From positions 22,137 through 86,136 of the forward strand of contig JAMCWD010000040.1 of assembly GCA_023475345.1 (NCBI GenBank): a DNA stretch of 64,000 bases. The letters are read 5' to 3'. The stretch is from Chloroflexota bacterium. GTDB taxonomy: Bacteria > Vulcanimicrobiota > JAMCWD01. The translations under genes and the position numbers were made by a program. Each line of letters opens with the position of its first letter. Position 1 is the stretch's first letter. Positions 1 to 8,936 of this stretch are shown here, piece by piece. Below the pieces are notes generated by a model that searched no databases, was not told the origin of the DNA, and saw only the letters and a program-made list of their open reading frames with translations.

Positions 1-77
1 GGGAAACCCAGGCCGGGATCCCCGATACGACACCCGTCGATATAGGCTACCATTACCAGTTTTACCTGACACCTTAA
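1..77 (+). CDS. 3' end of a CDS that begins upstream of the window; its tail is paralogous to the tail of the next gene
   Basis: Reading from nt 3 gives ETQAGIPDTTPVDIGYHYQFYLTP* (stop 75-77). This aligns with WETQVGIPDTGIVDMGFHYLYVAP* at the end of 118..2535. Confidence 0.6.
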   Translation, partial: ETQAGIPDTTPVDIGYHYQFYLTP

Positions 78-117
78 AACATAAATTTAAAATAAATTGA
101 AAGGGAGTTGGTCCCTG

Positions 118-2535
118 ATGAAAAAATACGGAATTTTGAGCATGGTTATAACCTTCCTCGTACTTGCTTTATTATCGGCCAGCTGCGGCGGGGGAGGAGG
201 CTCTTCAGGTTCGGCCCTTGACTCGAACTCTTTAACGCTTAACCTTGCTTCAAGGGACGGTGGCCGCAGTTTCCCGCCCGGTACTTATTATTTCATGGTC
301 CAGGTGCTCGATACTTCCGGTGCGGTAATTGACGAGAAGAGGGTTGACCTGCCCGATACCTCTACAACTTTTGACGACGTGCCTTCGGGAGATATTAACG
401 TCAAAGTCGGAGCCTATGACGAAAGCGGCTGCCAGGTAGGATACGGGATGGCGGCGGTCGTCGTTCATGACGGCTATAACTCCGCCGCTCAAATATTCAT
501 ATCGTCCCAGCCCCCGGTCTGGGCATTGCTCATGCCTTCCGCCTCTTATGACGGCACTTCGATTTATAACAGGCAGTCCGAATATTCCCTGTCGGTCGTC
601 TGTAATATTTTTTCGCCCAATACGCTGCAGGCAGATTCGTGTTCGGTTACCAGGGACGGGACCAATTACCCGATGGAAGACCTGGGGCCCGGCGGAGAAA
701 CAACCATTGTAAATTACTTTTACAGCTATCCGCCCGTCAACGCCGGATACCGCCAACTTGAGGGCAGGGGGACAGGCTCGTTCTTCGAAACGCGCCTTTC
801 GCTTTCGGAAAATCAGATCCCCGGAACGTACAACTTCATATATGGAGAATCGTCAACCGATATCACTTATAACGGCACTACGCCGAGGTTGCCGGTCATC
901 CAGTCCCCGTCGCCGGACGATACCGTCGATTTCGGCAGCGATGTAACCGTAACATGGGAGGACCTCGGCCCGGATTACGGCTATATGTGCGAAGCCAGTT
1001 GGTCCAGCTCTCCGGGTACAGACATAATAAGATGGAGTTCCGTGGATCAAATCGAAATGAGTTTTCAATATCCTGAAGACATGGTAAATTTTATACTGAA
1101 TCTCCCGGACAATAACAGCGCAGTCATCCCCGCCGGCATTTTCAACGGCGACTACAGCCATGATGTAATTATATCGGTAATTGCTTTTGATAAATCCCAG
1201 GTCAGCGCCCAATCGAGGCAATCGGCAATCGAAAACCCGTTCCTGGATGTAGGAAAGCTTGTCATACCTATCGGGCAATACATCATCAAAGTTAACCCGT
1301 CAACATCGTATCTCACGCCTTATATTTCGGGCGTAACGCCTGCAAGCGCAAAGATCGGCGACGAGATAACGTTAACCGGCGGCAGGTTCGGTTCCATTCA
1401 GGGATCGAATACCGTAACCGTCGGCGGCGTCGCTTCCGGCCCGGCTACTTCATGGTCGGATACAATGGTAAGCGTGATAATACCTGCAGGCGCCTATTAC
1501 AGCACGATAACTGCAAGCGCCGTTTTCGCTCATGTAAACAATATGACCAGCAATTTAAAAGGCGTGTACATACCCGTAACTTATTACGTAAACGCGGGGT
1601 CAGGCGATGATTCTAACGATGGTTCTTTCTCTTTACCGTTCAAGACAATTACCCATGCGATGACAGTTGCTCAAAACGGCCAGACCGTGATTGTTTCGGA
1701 AGGCATATATAACGCCGCTCTCGGTGAAACATTCCCGATACTCGTAACCGACGGCACCACCATGAGGGGCGGCTATAAAAACGACTATTCGGCCTGGAAT
1801 ATGACGGCATATTTATCGATACTTGACGCAGAATCCGCCGAAAGAGTTGTTAGATGTAACTCTTTAACTTACGTCACCGAGTTGAACGGCCTAACGATAA
1901 TCAATGGTAACACGACTTCCGGAGGAGGAGGGATATATTGTTACCGCTCCGACTATGTCAATATTTTAAATTGCCAGTTGTTCAATAATAACGGAAAAGG
2001 CGGCGGGGGTGTTTACCTGTACCAGTCGGACGCCGGTGTTGTAAACTGTCTATTTGCAAATAACACCGCCGGAACCGACGGGGGCGGGGCGATACGCGTT
2101 TATCAATCTACTCCGGCAATGTCCAATTGTACTGTCGCTTTCAATTCATCAACAAGCAACGGTGGAGGAATTCTATTCAGTTCATCTTCTCCCGGAGTGG
2201 ATAACTTTATTATAACCGATAATACCGCATCGGGGAGCGGCGGAGGTATTTATTCCACCGGGGGCACTCCCACAATTACCTTCTCTGATATTTTCAATAA
2301 CACCCCGGACAATTACTCGGGCATTACCCCTGGAGTCGGTTGTATCAGCGGCGACCCGTTATACGTCAATGCGGCAGCCGCCAATTTCCACTTGCTGTCG
2401 GGATCTCCGTGTATCGATACCGGTCATCCCAATTATCTCGGCCCGCTTAACAAGGGCAGGTGGGAAACCCAGGTGGGCATCCCCGATACCGGGATAGTGG
2501 ACATGGGTTTCCATTATCTCTATGTAGCTCCGTAA
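118..2535 (+). CDS. Surface lipoprotein with IPT/TIG domain and right-handed parallel beta-helix repeats
   Basis: ATG 118 lies 10 nt after AAGGGAG (the ORF track opens at TTG 97). Signal peptide plus lipobox-like LLSASC, followed by a Gly/Ser linker. IPT/TIG-like PYISGVTPASAKIGDEITLTGGRFG...VTVGG. The C-terminal half is serial GGGGIY / GGGGVY / GGGAIR / GGGILF / GGGIYS rungs with N-rich turns, ending SPCIDTG...VDMGFHY. Confidence 0.8.
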   Translation: MKKYGILSMVITFLVLALLSASCGGGGGSSGSALDSNSLTLNLASRDGGRSFPPGTYYFMVQVLDTSGAVIDEKRVDLPDTSTTFDDVPSGDINVKVGAYDESGCQVGYGMAAVVVHDGYNSAAQIFISSQPPVWALLMPSASYDGTSIYNRQSEYSLSVVCNIFSPNTLQADSCSVTRDGTNYPMEDLGPGGETTIVNYFYSYPPVNAGYRQLEGRGTGSFFETRLSLSENQIPGTYNFIYGESSTDITYNGTTPRLPVIQSPSPDDTVDFGSDVTVTWEDLGPDYGYMCEASWSSSPGTDIIRWSSVDQIEMSFQYPEDMVNFILNLPDNNSAVIPAGIFNGDYSHDVIISVIAFDKSQVSAQSRQSAIENPFLDVGKLVIPIGQYIIKVNPSTSYLTPYISGVTPASAKIGDEITLTGGRFGSIQGSNTVTVGGVASGPATSWSDTMVSVIIPAGAYYSTITASAVFAHVNNMTSNLKGVYIPVTYYVNAGSGDDSNDGSFSLPFKTITHAMTVAQNGQTVIVSEGIYNAALGETFPILVTDGTTMRGGYKNDYSAWNMTAYLSILDAESAERVVRCNSLTYVTELNGLTIINGNTTSGGGGIYCYRSDYVNILNCQLFNNNGKGGGGVYLYQSDAGVVNCLFANNTAGTDGGGAIRVYQSTPAMSNCTVAFNSSTSNGGGILFSSSSPGVDNFIITDNTASGSGGGIYSTGGTPTITFSDIFNNTPDNYSGITPGVGCISGDPLYVNAAAANFHLLSGSPCIDTGHPNYLGPLNKGRWETQVGIPDTGIVDMGFHYLYVAP

Positions 2536-2613
2536 GCGCGGCAAAACAATCTAAAAAACTATCACTGTATGTCGGGCGGTCCTGTGGCCGCACGCACTGT
2601 TTCGTAATAGCCG

Positions 2614-2676
2614 ACCCACCCCGCCTGCGGCACCCCTTGGAGGGAGAATTACATTTTGCAAAAATGGCGCAGGAAT
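2614..2676. repeat. Copy of a dispersed palindromic repeat module (acccaccccgcc...ggcacccc..gagggagaatt)
   Basis: acccaccccgcctgcggcaccccttggagggagaatt closely matches acccaccccgcctttcgactgcgctcaaggcaccccagaggaggggaattt at about 52262-52311. It is followed by ttgcaaaaatggc, related to the gccaaatttttgca core of the 13.5-kb and 25-kb elements. Confidence 0.5.
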
Positions 2677-2754
2677 TGAGGTTATAAAAAAATATGTACT
2701 AACTTTATATCTGTGTTTATAACTAAATCTTGTACAACTTGCGATACAAAACTT

Positions 2755-4239
2755 TTATTTAACGACCCTGATGGTGCCGAGCGTATCGTCAACAGGCCCC
2801 TGTATTTTCACGCCCGCCGCCAGTTCCAGCATCGCATATTCTATGATCTCATGGGTAATCTTTTCACCCGGACAGACGAGCGGAATACCCGGCGGATAAG
2901 GCGTTATCAATTCGGACGAGATCCGGCCTGCGGCATGCGGAAACGGTATGGTTTTATAATCTGCAAAGAACGCCTCGCGCGGGGTCATCACCTGGGGCGG
3001 CCAGTCCGGAAGCTGGATGCCCGACTTGCCCGAGCGGTGCTCTTCTTTCAGCCTGTTCAGATCCCCCTCCCCTTTGTGCTCAACGACAACTTTTTCCAGC
3101 GCGCGAACCAGACGGGCAACGTCTTCCCTGGTATGGGCTATGGTAATCAGGGCAAGCACATTGAACAGGTCTGACATCTCAACTTGTATGTTGTGGTCAT
3201 ACCTTAGGAACCTTTCCATCTGGTAACCTGTAAAGCCGGCTTCCACAGAACTTATAACAAGCCTTGTTTTATCCATGTTAAAAACTCCCGGCCTGCCGAG
3301 CAGTTCGTCTCCCCATGCATGAAGGCCGGGGATATTGTTTACCTGTTCCCTCGCCCATTCTGCGTTTTTAATTGCATTGTCGAGCATGGCCCGGCCGTCG
3401 AAAAACATCTGCATGCGGGCGACGTCAAGCGAGCTGACGATAATACAGGACGGGCTTGTAGAGAGGAACAGGCGAAGGATGGCATGGAGATGCCCCCTGT
3501 CAACCATGTTGCCTTTTATATGGATCATCGACCCCTGGCTCATACCGGCTATCAGCTTGTGAGTCGAATTGATGCACATATCCGCCCCGGCATCCATTGC
3601 GGATTCGGGAAGGTCGGGATGGAAGTGGAGGTGAGGTCCCCATGCTTCATCCACCATCACGACCAGGTTATTCTTATGCCCTATTTCAACAATGCTTCGA
3701 AGGTCTGCAGTGGCCCCGTAATAAGTCGGAGACAGCGCATAAATCGCCTTTGCTTCAGGATGCTCTTCTATGGCTTGTTCATATTTATCGGGAGTAACGG
3801 TATGATCGACTCTCATTTCGGGGTCGAATTCCGGCATGACATAAACAGGCATGACGCCGCTCAGGATCATCGCTCCTACGGCCGACCTGTGAGAATTCCG
3901 GGGGAGGATGATCTTGTCTCCGGGGCGGCAGGCCGCCAGGATCATGATATGGTTCCCGGACGACGAGCCGTTGATAAGGAAAAATGTGGCATCGGCACCG
4001 TAAGCTATTGCCGCCAGCTCCTGGGCGAACTTGACAGGTCCATGAGGCTGGTGCATATCGTCGAGGCCCAGTACCTGGGTACAATCGGCGGCCAACGCCT
4101 TTTCCCCGAGCAGCTCGATCATCCGCGGGTGTGCGCCGCGCCCCCTCTGGTGGCCGGGGACGTGAAACGTCAGGATATCGCTCCTTGTATAATCGAAAAG
4201 GGCGTCATAATAGGGAGTATCGCTCTGGTTGTATTTCAT
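2755..4239 (-). CDS. PLP-dependent Orn/Lys/Arg decarboxylase family protein (Bacillus SpeA/YaaO type)
   Basis: 494 aa. Motifs FHVPGHQRG, NGSSSGNH and the PLP-lysine motif INSTHKLIAGMSQGSMIH. Full-length architecture of the OKR decarboxylase major plus C-terminal domains. Confidence 0.9.
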   Translation of the reverse strand: MKYNQSDTPYYDALFDYTRSDILTFHVPGHQRGRGAHPRMIELLGEKALAADCTQVLGLDDMHQPHGPVKFAQELAAIAYGADATFFLINGSSSGNHIMILAACRPGDKIILPRNSHRSAVGAMILSGVMPVYVMPEFDPEMRVDHTVTPDKYEQAIEEHPEAKAIYALSPTYYGATADLRSIVEIGHKNNLVVMVDEAWGPHLHFHPDLPESAMDAGADMCINSTHKLIAGMSQGSMIHIKGNMVDRGHLHAILRLFLSTSPSCIIVSSLDVARMQMFFDGRAMLDNAIKNAEWAREQVNNIPGLHAWGDELLGRPGVFNMDKTRLVISSVEAGFTGYQMERFLRYDHNIQVEMSDLFNVLALITIAHTREDVARLVRALEKVVVEHKGEGDLNRLKEEHRSGKSGIQLPDWPPQVMTPREAFFADYKTIPFPHAAGRISSELITPYPPGIPLVCPGEKITHEIIEYAMLELAAGVKIQGPVDDTLGTIRVVK

Positions 4240-4274
4240 ATTATTACATCTGCCTGCTTATCTTTAATGGTTTT

Positions 4275-4793
4275 CTAATTGGAATTCGGGGGTTCCCCAT
4301 CCAGGTATTCTCTCCATTCCAGGGGATAATTTTCTTTTGTGAAAAGTCCGGGAGGCCTTATGGGAGGCTCTATGGGCTTCCGACTCAGCTTCAGACTTGC
4401 CTCGCCCGGCCTCCTGTTCTTTTTTATGTTATTACACTCCTTACAGGCGCAGGCTACGTTCTCCCATTCCGTCTTGCCCCCCAGGCTCCGGGGTATGACA
4501 TGGTCCACCGTCATACCTTTCATGGATCTCTTCCCGCAATACTGGCATGTGAAATCGTCTCTCAGAAGCACGTTCTTCCTGGTGAGCGGCACTTTCTTCC
4601 AGGGGATTTTTACATAATAACCCAGCCTGACGACCGAAGGTATCATGTAGGAAGTCGTCGGCGTATGCAGCGATTTCCCGTTCCCCTTTACCATCTCCGC
4701 TTTCCCGGAAAATAAAAGCTTCATGGCGCGACGAATCGAAGTGGCGTTCAAAACTTCGTATGTCTGATTCAGCACCAGGACAGGGGAAGACAT
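4275..4793 (-). CDS. HNH endonuclease family protein
   Basis: CQYCG...VDHVIPRSLGGKTEWENVACACKECNNIKKNR is a canonical HNH/zinc motif. The conserved N-terminal segment VLVLNQTYEVLN is typical of this stand-alone family. Confidence 0.85.
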   Translation of the reverse strand: MSSPVLVLNQTYEVLNATSIRRAMKLLFSGKAEMVKGNGKSLHTPTTSYMIPSVVRLGYYVKIPWKKVPLTRKNVLLRDDFTCQYCGKRSMKGMTVDHVIPRSLGGKTEWENVACACKECNNIKKNRRPGEASLKLSRKPIEPPIRPPGLFTKENYPLEWREYLDGEPPNSN

Positions 4794-4801
4794 CTGTTCC
4801 T

Positions 4802-5593
4802 TTAACCTCCCTCATGGCGGGACAATACCGAAACCGGGGTTCTTTTCCTTATGCCGGGCAGATCTCCTGCCCTCCCTTTATGGATGGATATTTCAAGATG
4901 GCCTGTGCTTCCCCACAGAGCAAGAGTTTCTCCCTCGCCGACTTCCGAATAGTTCTTGCTTATTCCCTTGATATTATGCCCCACGATGCTTATAAGCGGG
5001 TCGAAAGTCCCTTTCAGGTCTTCAGGGCGGAAATTGGTAACGAGGTTCCCGAAATGATCGATATGAATAACTTCTCCCTGGAGCTTATTTCCCTCCGGGA
5101 TAACCGACGGGATACCAAGCCTGACGGGGGACGGGTGTATTGAGCCTATCTCTTCCGGCGGCACGCCCTTTGCAAGCAGGGCCGCTGCAGGCGCAAAAAT
5201 ATCTCTCCCGTGAAATGTCCCGCTTACCGGTCCCGGCGAAGGAACATCATTAATAGTGAAAGTCTCGTACGGCGAATCTTCCTCTATGGCAAGAGAGAGG
5301 AGCCCGTTATCCGGCCCGACATAAAAATGTTTTTTGCCCCGAACCATTATTGGGAGCCTTCCACCGCCAACCCCGGGGTCCACCACGGCAAGAAATATCG
5401 TCCCTTCGGGAAAATATGGGACCGCCGACTGGAGATGAATGGCTCCTGCTATGATGTCATGGGCAGGGACTTCGTGCGTCAGGTCTATAATATCGACCTC
5501 CTGGCATAACGAGATAATAACCCCTTTCACGACCCCGCTATACGGGTCGGAAAGTCCGAAATCCGATAAGAATGCGATAACCGGCTTTTTCAT
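4802..5593 (-). CDS. SAM hydroxide adenosyltransferase family protein (DUF62; chlorinase/fluorinase-related SAM hydrolase)
   Basis: N-terminus IAFLSDFGLSDPYSGVVKGV, plus VVDPGVGG and HIDHFGNLVTN, characteristic of this family. 263 aa. Confidence 0.85.
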   Translation of the reverse strand: MKKPVIAFLSDFGLSDPYSGVVKGVIISLCQEVDIIDLTHEVPAHDIIAGAIHLQSAVPYFPEGTIFLAVVDPGVGGGRLPIMVRGKKHFYVGPDNGLLSLAIEEDSPYETFTINDVPSPGPVSGTFHGRDIFAPAAALLAKGVPPEEIGSIHPSPVRLGIPSVIPEGNKLQGEVIHIDHFGNLVTNFRPEDLKGTFDPLISIVGHNIKGISKNYSEVGEGETLALWGSTGHLEISIHKGRAGDLPGIRKRTPVSVLSRHEGG

Positions 5594-5597
5594 AATT

Positions 5598-6017
5598 TTA
5601 TTCCCCCATTATTTGAGCTATTATTTGCCTTTGCCTCGGGCGGTTGTCGAAATCGACGAAGATTATCTGCTGCCATGTACCGAGCGTCAGGGTTCCGTCC
5701 TTAAAAGGAACGGTAAGCGACGGGCCCAGAAGCGACGCCCTTACGTGAGAATGGCCGTTGCCGTCGTTCCATTTAAGGTTGTGCTTGTAGTCTTTATCTT
5801 CGGGTATGAGCCTGTCCCACAGGGCATGGAAATCCTCAAGCAGCCCTTCTTCGTATTCGATGGTCGTCAGCGCCCCCGTCGATCCCTGGACGAACAGGCA
5901 TAGAATGCCGTTCCTGAGCCCGCTCTCGCCTATAACGCGCCGGGCCTGCCCGGAGATATCGACCATCCGGCCGTTCCCTTCCGTAGAACAATTTATGTAA
6001 CTTGTCTTAACCATCAC
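5598..6017 (-). CDS. YjbQ/UPF0047 family protein (secondary thiamine-phosphate synthase-like)
   Basis: GILCLFVQGSTGALTTIEYEEGLLEDF and NGHSHVRASLLGPSLTVPFKDGTLTLGTWQQIIFVDFD. 139 aa. Confidence 0.85.
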   Translation of the reverse strand: MMVKTSYINCSTEGNGRMVDISGQARRVIGESGLRNGILCLFVQGSTGALTTIEYEEGLLEDFHALWDRLIPEDKDYKHNLKWNDGNGHSHVRASLLGPSLTVPFKDGTLTLGTWQQIIFVDFDNRPRQRQIIAQIMGE

Positions 6018-6582
6018 ACATCGATATGAAATACCGGTGGAACCTCATGTCATCCGTCAACTCGGGATGAAAAGCGGAAACCAGGAACTTCCCCTGCCTT
6101 GCCGCTGCTATCCCGTCCCCATAACGCCCCAGTATTTCAACCCCTTCCCCCGAATATATTATGAGCGGAGCCCGGATGAAGACGCCGGGAAAAGGCCTGT
6201 CCCCCAGCGCCGGGATATCTATATATTCCTCGAAACTCTCATTTTGCCTTCCGTAGGCGTTCCTTTTCGCCTTAATATCTATCAAGCCCAGCGATAGCTG
6301 GTCATCTGTCCCGTTGTCTATTTCTTTCGCCATCATGATAAGTCCCGCGCATGTCCCGTACAGGGAGAGCCCCGAATCCGCCTTCTCTTTTATGGCGGCG
6401 GCAAGGCCTGTCTTTTCCATGAGCTTCTGAATGGCGGTGCTTTCCCCGCCGGGAATTATCAAACCGGATATGCCGTCCATATCTTTCGGATACTTGACTA
6501 TAACCGGCTCTGCGCCTGATTTCGCGACGGCATTTACATGCTCTATTACGGACCCCTGGAGGCCCATTATCCCTATTTTCAT
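6007..6582 (-). CDS. pdxT: Pyridoxal 5'-phosphate synthase glutaminase subunit PdxT
   Basis: MKIGIMGLQGSVIEHV, GGESTA, catalytic YGTCAGLIMMA and FHPELT. Lies directly downstream of pdxS with a 2-nt gap. Confidence 0.95.
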   Translation of the reverse strand: MKIGIMGLQGSVIEHVNAVAKSGAEPVIVKYPKDMDGISGLIIPGGESTAIQKLMEKTGLAAAIKEKADSGLSLYGTCAGLIMMAKEIDNGTDDQLSLGLIDIKAKRNAYGRQNESFEEYIDIPALGDRPFPGVFIRAPLIIYSGEGVEILGRYGDGIAAARQGKFLVSAFHPELTDDMRFHRYFISMCDG

Positions 6583-6584
6583 AT

Positions 6585-7466
6585 TTACCAGCCTCTTGTC
6601 GCCAGCAATTCTTTTTCGGGGATCGTATTTATCTCGATTCCCTTCATGGCTTTGCCTAAATTCTCAGATATCTTCGCGAGATATTCGGGTTCATCGAAGT
6701 GTGCTGTGGCTTCGACTATCGCCCTCGCCAGGCGGGCAGGCTCCTGAGATTTAAAAATGCCCGACCCGACAAAAATGCCGTCACAACCGAGCTGCATCAT
6801 CAGGGCGGCATCGGCGGGCGTGGCTATACCGCCCGCGGCGAAGTTGACTACGGGAAGGCGTCCCAGTTCATAGATTTCCTTAACAAGTTCCAGGGGCGCC
6901 CGGAAAGCTTCGGCCTCAGCATTCAATAGATCTATTTCATTGGTCTGAAGGTTTAAAATCTCGGAAGTAATCGCCCTGATGTGCCTTACCGCTTCTACTA
7001 CATTTCCCGTCCCCGCTTCGCCCTTGGTCCTGATCATGGCCGCACCCTCTGAAATCCTTCGGAGCGCTTCTCCCAGGTCGCGTGCCCCGCAAACGAACGG
7101 GGTCTTGAAATTACGCTTATCGATATGAAATTGTTCGTCCGCAGGGGTTAAAACTTCGCTTTCGTCTATATAATCGACCCCCAGCGCCTGGAGGATCTGG
7201 GCCTCGACGAAATGGCCGATCCTGGCCTTTGCCATAACCGGGATGGTAACCGCTTCCATGATTGCCTTTATTATCGAGGAGTCCGCCATCCTGGCAACCC
7301 CGCCTTCGGCCCGGATATCGGCGGGCACGCGCTCCAGTGCCATAACCGCTACTGCGCCTGCTTCCTCGGCTATCTTCGCCTGCTCCACAGAAGTAACATC
7401 CATGATAACCCCGCCCTTCAGCATCCGGGCAAGGCCTCTCTTTACTTTATCTGTCCCGTGTTCCAT
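6585..7466 (-). CDS. pdxS: Pyridoxal 5'-phosphate synthase lyase subunit PdxS
   Basis: [42 protein letters not shown]... ATG 7466 ([11 protein letters not shown]) follows GGAGGG by 5 nt and matches usual PdxS N-termini. The ORF track extends to 7484. Confidence 0.95.
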   Translation of the reverse strand: MEHGTDKVKRGLARMLKGGVIMDVTSVEQAKIAEEAGAVAVMALERVPADIRAEGGVARMADSSIIKAIMEAVTIPVMAKARIGHFVEAQILQALGVDYIDESEVLTPADEQFHIDKRNFKTPFVCGARDLGEALRRISEGAAMIRTKGEAGTGNVVEAVRHIRAITSEILNLQTNEIDLLNAEAEAFRAPLELVKEIYELGRLPVVNFAAGGIATPADAALMMQLGCDGIFVGSGIFKSQEPARLARAIVEATAHFDEPEYLAKISENLGKAMKGIEINTIPEKELLATRGW

Positions 7467-7487
7467 TTTTCCCTCCGAAATCAATCC

Positions 7488-7643
7488 TTAATTAAGACTT
7501 AACCTGCCGTCCATCAAATCCATCAGGTTGATCCAGAACCTGGCCCCGCAATTAATACAATAAAATTCATGAAAATGACGGGGCAGATCAAACATCCGCT
7601 CCTCTATCAACCTGCCGTGACAATGAATACAACGATTCACCAT
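7488..7643 (-). CDS. Possible 51-aa zinc-ribbon micro-protein immediately upstream of pdxS
   Basis: My own translation (below the 60-aa track cut-off): MVNRCIHCHGRLIEERMFDLPRHFHEFYCINCGARFWINLMDLMDGRLSLN*. It has two CxxC pairs. The stop lies 4 nt before the 7484 codon. Confidence 0.35.
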   Translation of the reverse strand: MVNRCIHCHGRLIEERMFDLPRHFHEFYCINCGARFWINLMDLMDGRLSLN

Positions 7644-7803
7644 AAACCCCTTTTAGATAATCCAAACCTAAGTATAGACACTTTTTTGATGCTTGGCAAG
7701 ATTAAAATCCGGGAGAGATTTCAAGCCGCTTTCAATATAAATATAACAGCAGGATTTAATCTTTCGTCAGGCTTGTAGATGAAATCCGGCATCACGCCCG
7801 GTA

Positions 7804-7840
7804 ACAAAAATGCCGCGGCCTGTTACCGCGGCATTTAATT
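7804..7840 (-). terminator. Rho-independent terminator downstream of 7867..8355
   Basis: aatgccgcgg-cctgtta-ccgcggcatt hairpin (7809-7835). On the minus strand it is followed by TTTTTGTT. Confidence 0.6.
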
Positions 7841-7866
7841 TTAATCCGGAGTTTCCGGCTTACTGT

Positions 7867-8355
7867 TTAATAATCGCTGCCGGGACCGGGGAAAATATTA
7901 TAGTCGTCTCTTTCTTCCCATGCTTCATAGCTTAAGATCTCATTGGACTTTTTGTCAACGGTTACTGTTTGGATATACCTGGAAAGCGGAGCTTCCTGAT
8001 ACATATCGTCTCTCCAGTAAGAAGCGGTTTTATCATCCTGGTGGAAGGAATAGTTTATACCGGTACCGCCGTATTTCTCATGATTAATGGTTATGAACAT
8101 ATCTTTCTTTTCCCTGGTGGCGGGATCATATTCGATCTTGCCGGAAAAAACTTTGCCTTCTTCTTTCGGCAACTTCGTCTCCTTAAACTCAACCACGCCT
8201 TTGGAAGAATTCAAATCCACCTTATCTACATTGTCGAATTTCTCCACCTGTCCGGCAACTTCGTTGAACTCTTCGATAACTCTCCTGGCCGCAACAGCAT
8301 CTATTTTTTTCCCGTGATCAAAACCGCCTGCCTGATTTATCTGCACTAAACTCAT
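7867..8355 (-). CDS. Hypothetical protein with FlgM-like N-terminal module (alternative start GTG 8346)
   Basis: AAGGAG abuts ATG 8355 but lies 8 nt before GTG 8346. Starting at 8346 gives (M)QINQAGGFD...DNVDKVDLNSSKG. The remainder looks beta-rich and I recognise no family. Confidence 0.7.
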   Translation of the reverse strand: MSLVQINQAGGFDHGKKIDAVAARRVIEEFNEVAGQVEKFDNVDKVDLNSSKGVVEFKETKLPKEEGKVFSGKIEYDPATREKKDMFITINHEKYGGTGINYSFHQDDKTASYWRDDMYQEAPLSRYIQTVTVDKKSNEILSYEAWEERDDYNIFPGPGSDY

Positions 8356-8640
8356 CTCCTTTGAACTTGTTTAAGCCGATTATAACAAATTTGATTGGCC
8401 GTGTCATCAGTTTATACATTAAAAATCAATAGTGCCCGATAAAAACTCCGGGCGGGATACCGTCCTATGCCAAACCGTTTCGAGTACAACTTCAGCTGGG
8501 CGGACAGGCAGGTTAACAAATATTTAACTTCGAGTTAACCACTTAACAAATTATCAATTAAATTTTCGGTCTGCCATATTTACTTTAATACATGAGGAGT
8601 GATAATAATATTAAGAAAAAGAATTAGGAGGTGAAGTAAA

Positions 8641-8877
8641 ATGTTAGGTGCAACATCGGCAGCGTCAATGTATTCTTTGACCGTAAACGATCAGCAGAAT
8701 GCAATGACCATTTACACTCAGACCCTGGCCGAGACCCAGAAGCAGCAGATGCAGCGCTGGCAGATCCTGCAGGATACCCAGACAAAGATATTCGAAATTC
8801 AGCAGGATGTAACGGTCAACAAAGCCAAGACACAGGACAAAATGTTCCAGAAATGGGATGAATACATCCGCGGTTAA
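8641..8877 (+). CDS. 78-aa Gln-rich helical protein of unknown family, copy A
   Basis: AGGAGGTG SD 6 nt before the ATG, AT-rich upstream region and its own terminator. The protein is identical to copy B. Confidence 0.85.
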   Translation: MLGATSAASMYSLTVNDQQNAMTIYTQTLAETQKQQMQRWQILQDTQTKIFEIQQDVTVNKAKTQDKMFQKWDEYIRG

Positions 8878-8903
8878 CCGGTACGGTTACCTCCAGAACT
8901 ATT

Positions 8904-8936
8904 GAGGGGATACTTCCGTATCCCCTCTTTTTTTTG
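8904..8936 (+). terminator. Rho-independent terminator of copy A
   Basis: gaggggata-cttcc-gtatcccctc hairpin followed by TTTTTTTT. Confidence 0.8.

Noticed and set aside
3319-4278. Long antisense ORFs opposite well-supported genes (for example 3319..4278, 15225..16001, 28396..29199, 36186..37295, 44522..45748, 47247..48092, 53921..54781, 55201..56031, 57753..58517)
   Set aside because: Each lies entirely within, and antisense to, a gene with strong family motifs. The translations are Arg/Pro/Gly-rich or low-complexity and lack SD sequences. They are typical shadow ORFs of moderately GC-rich coding DNA.
8641-8877. Type III secretion needle (PrgI/MxiH-like) or WXG100 identity for the 78-aa protein
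   Set aside because: The size and the C-terminal K-[MV]-F-x-x-x-D-x-x-I resemblance are suggestive. However, there is no central P-x-x-P turn, no W-x-G motif (the central Trp is followed by Q-I), and no secretion-system genes nearby. It is left as an unknown family.
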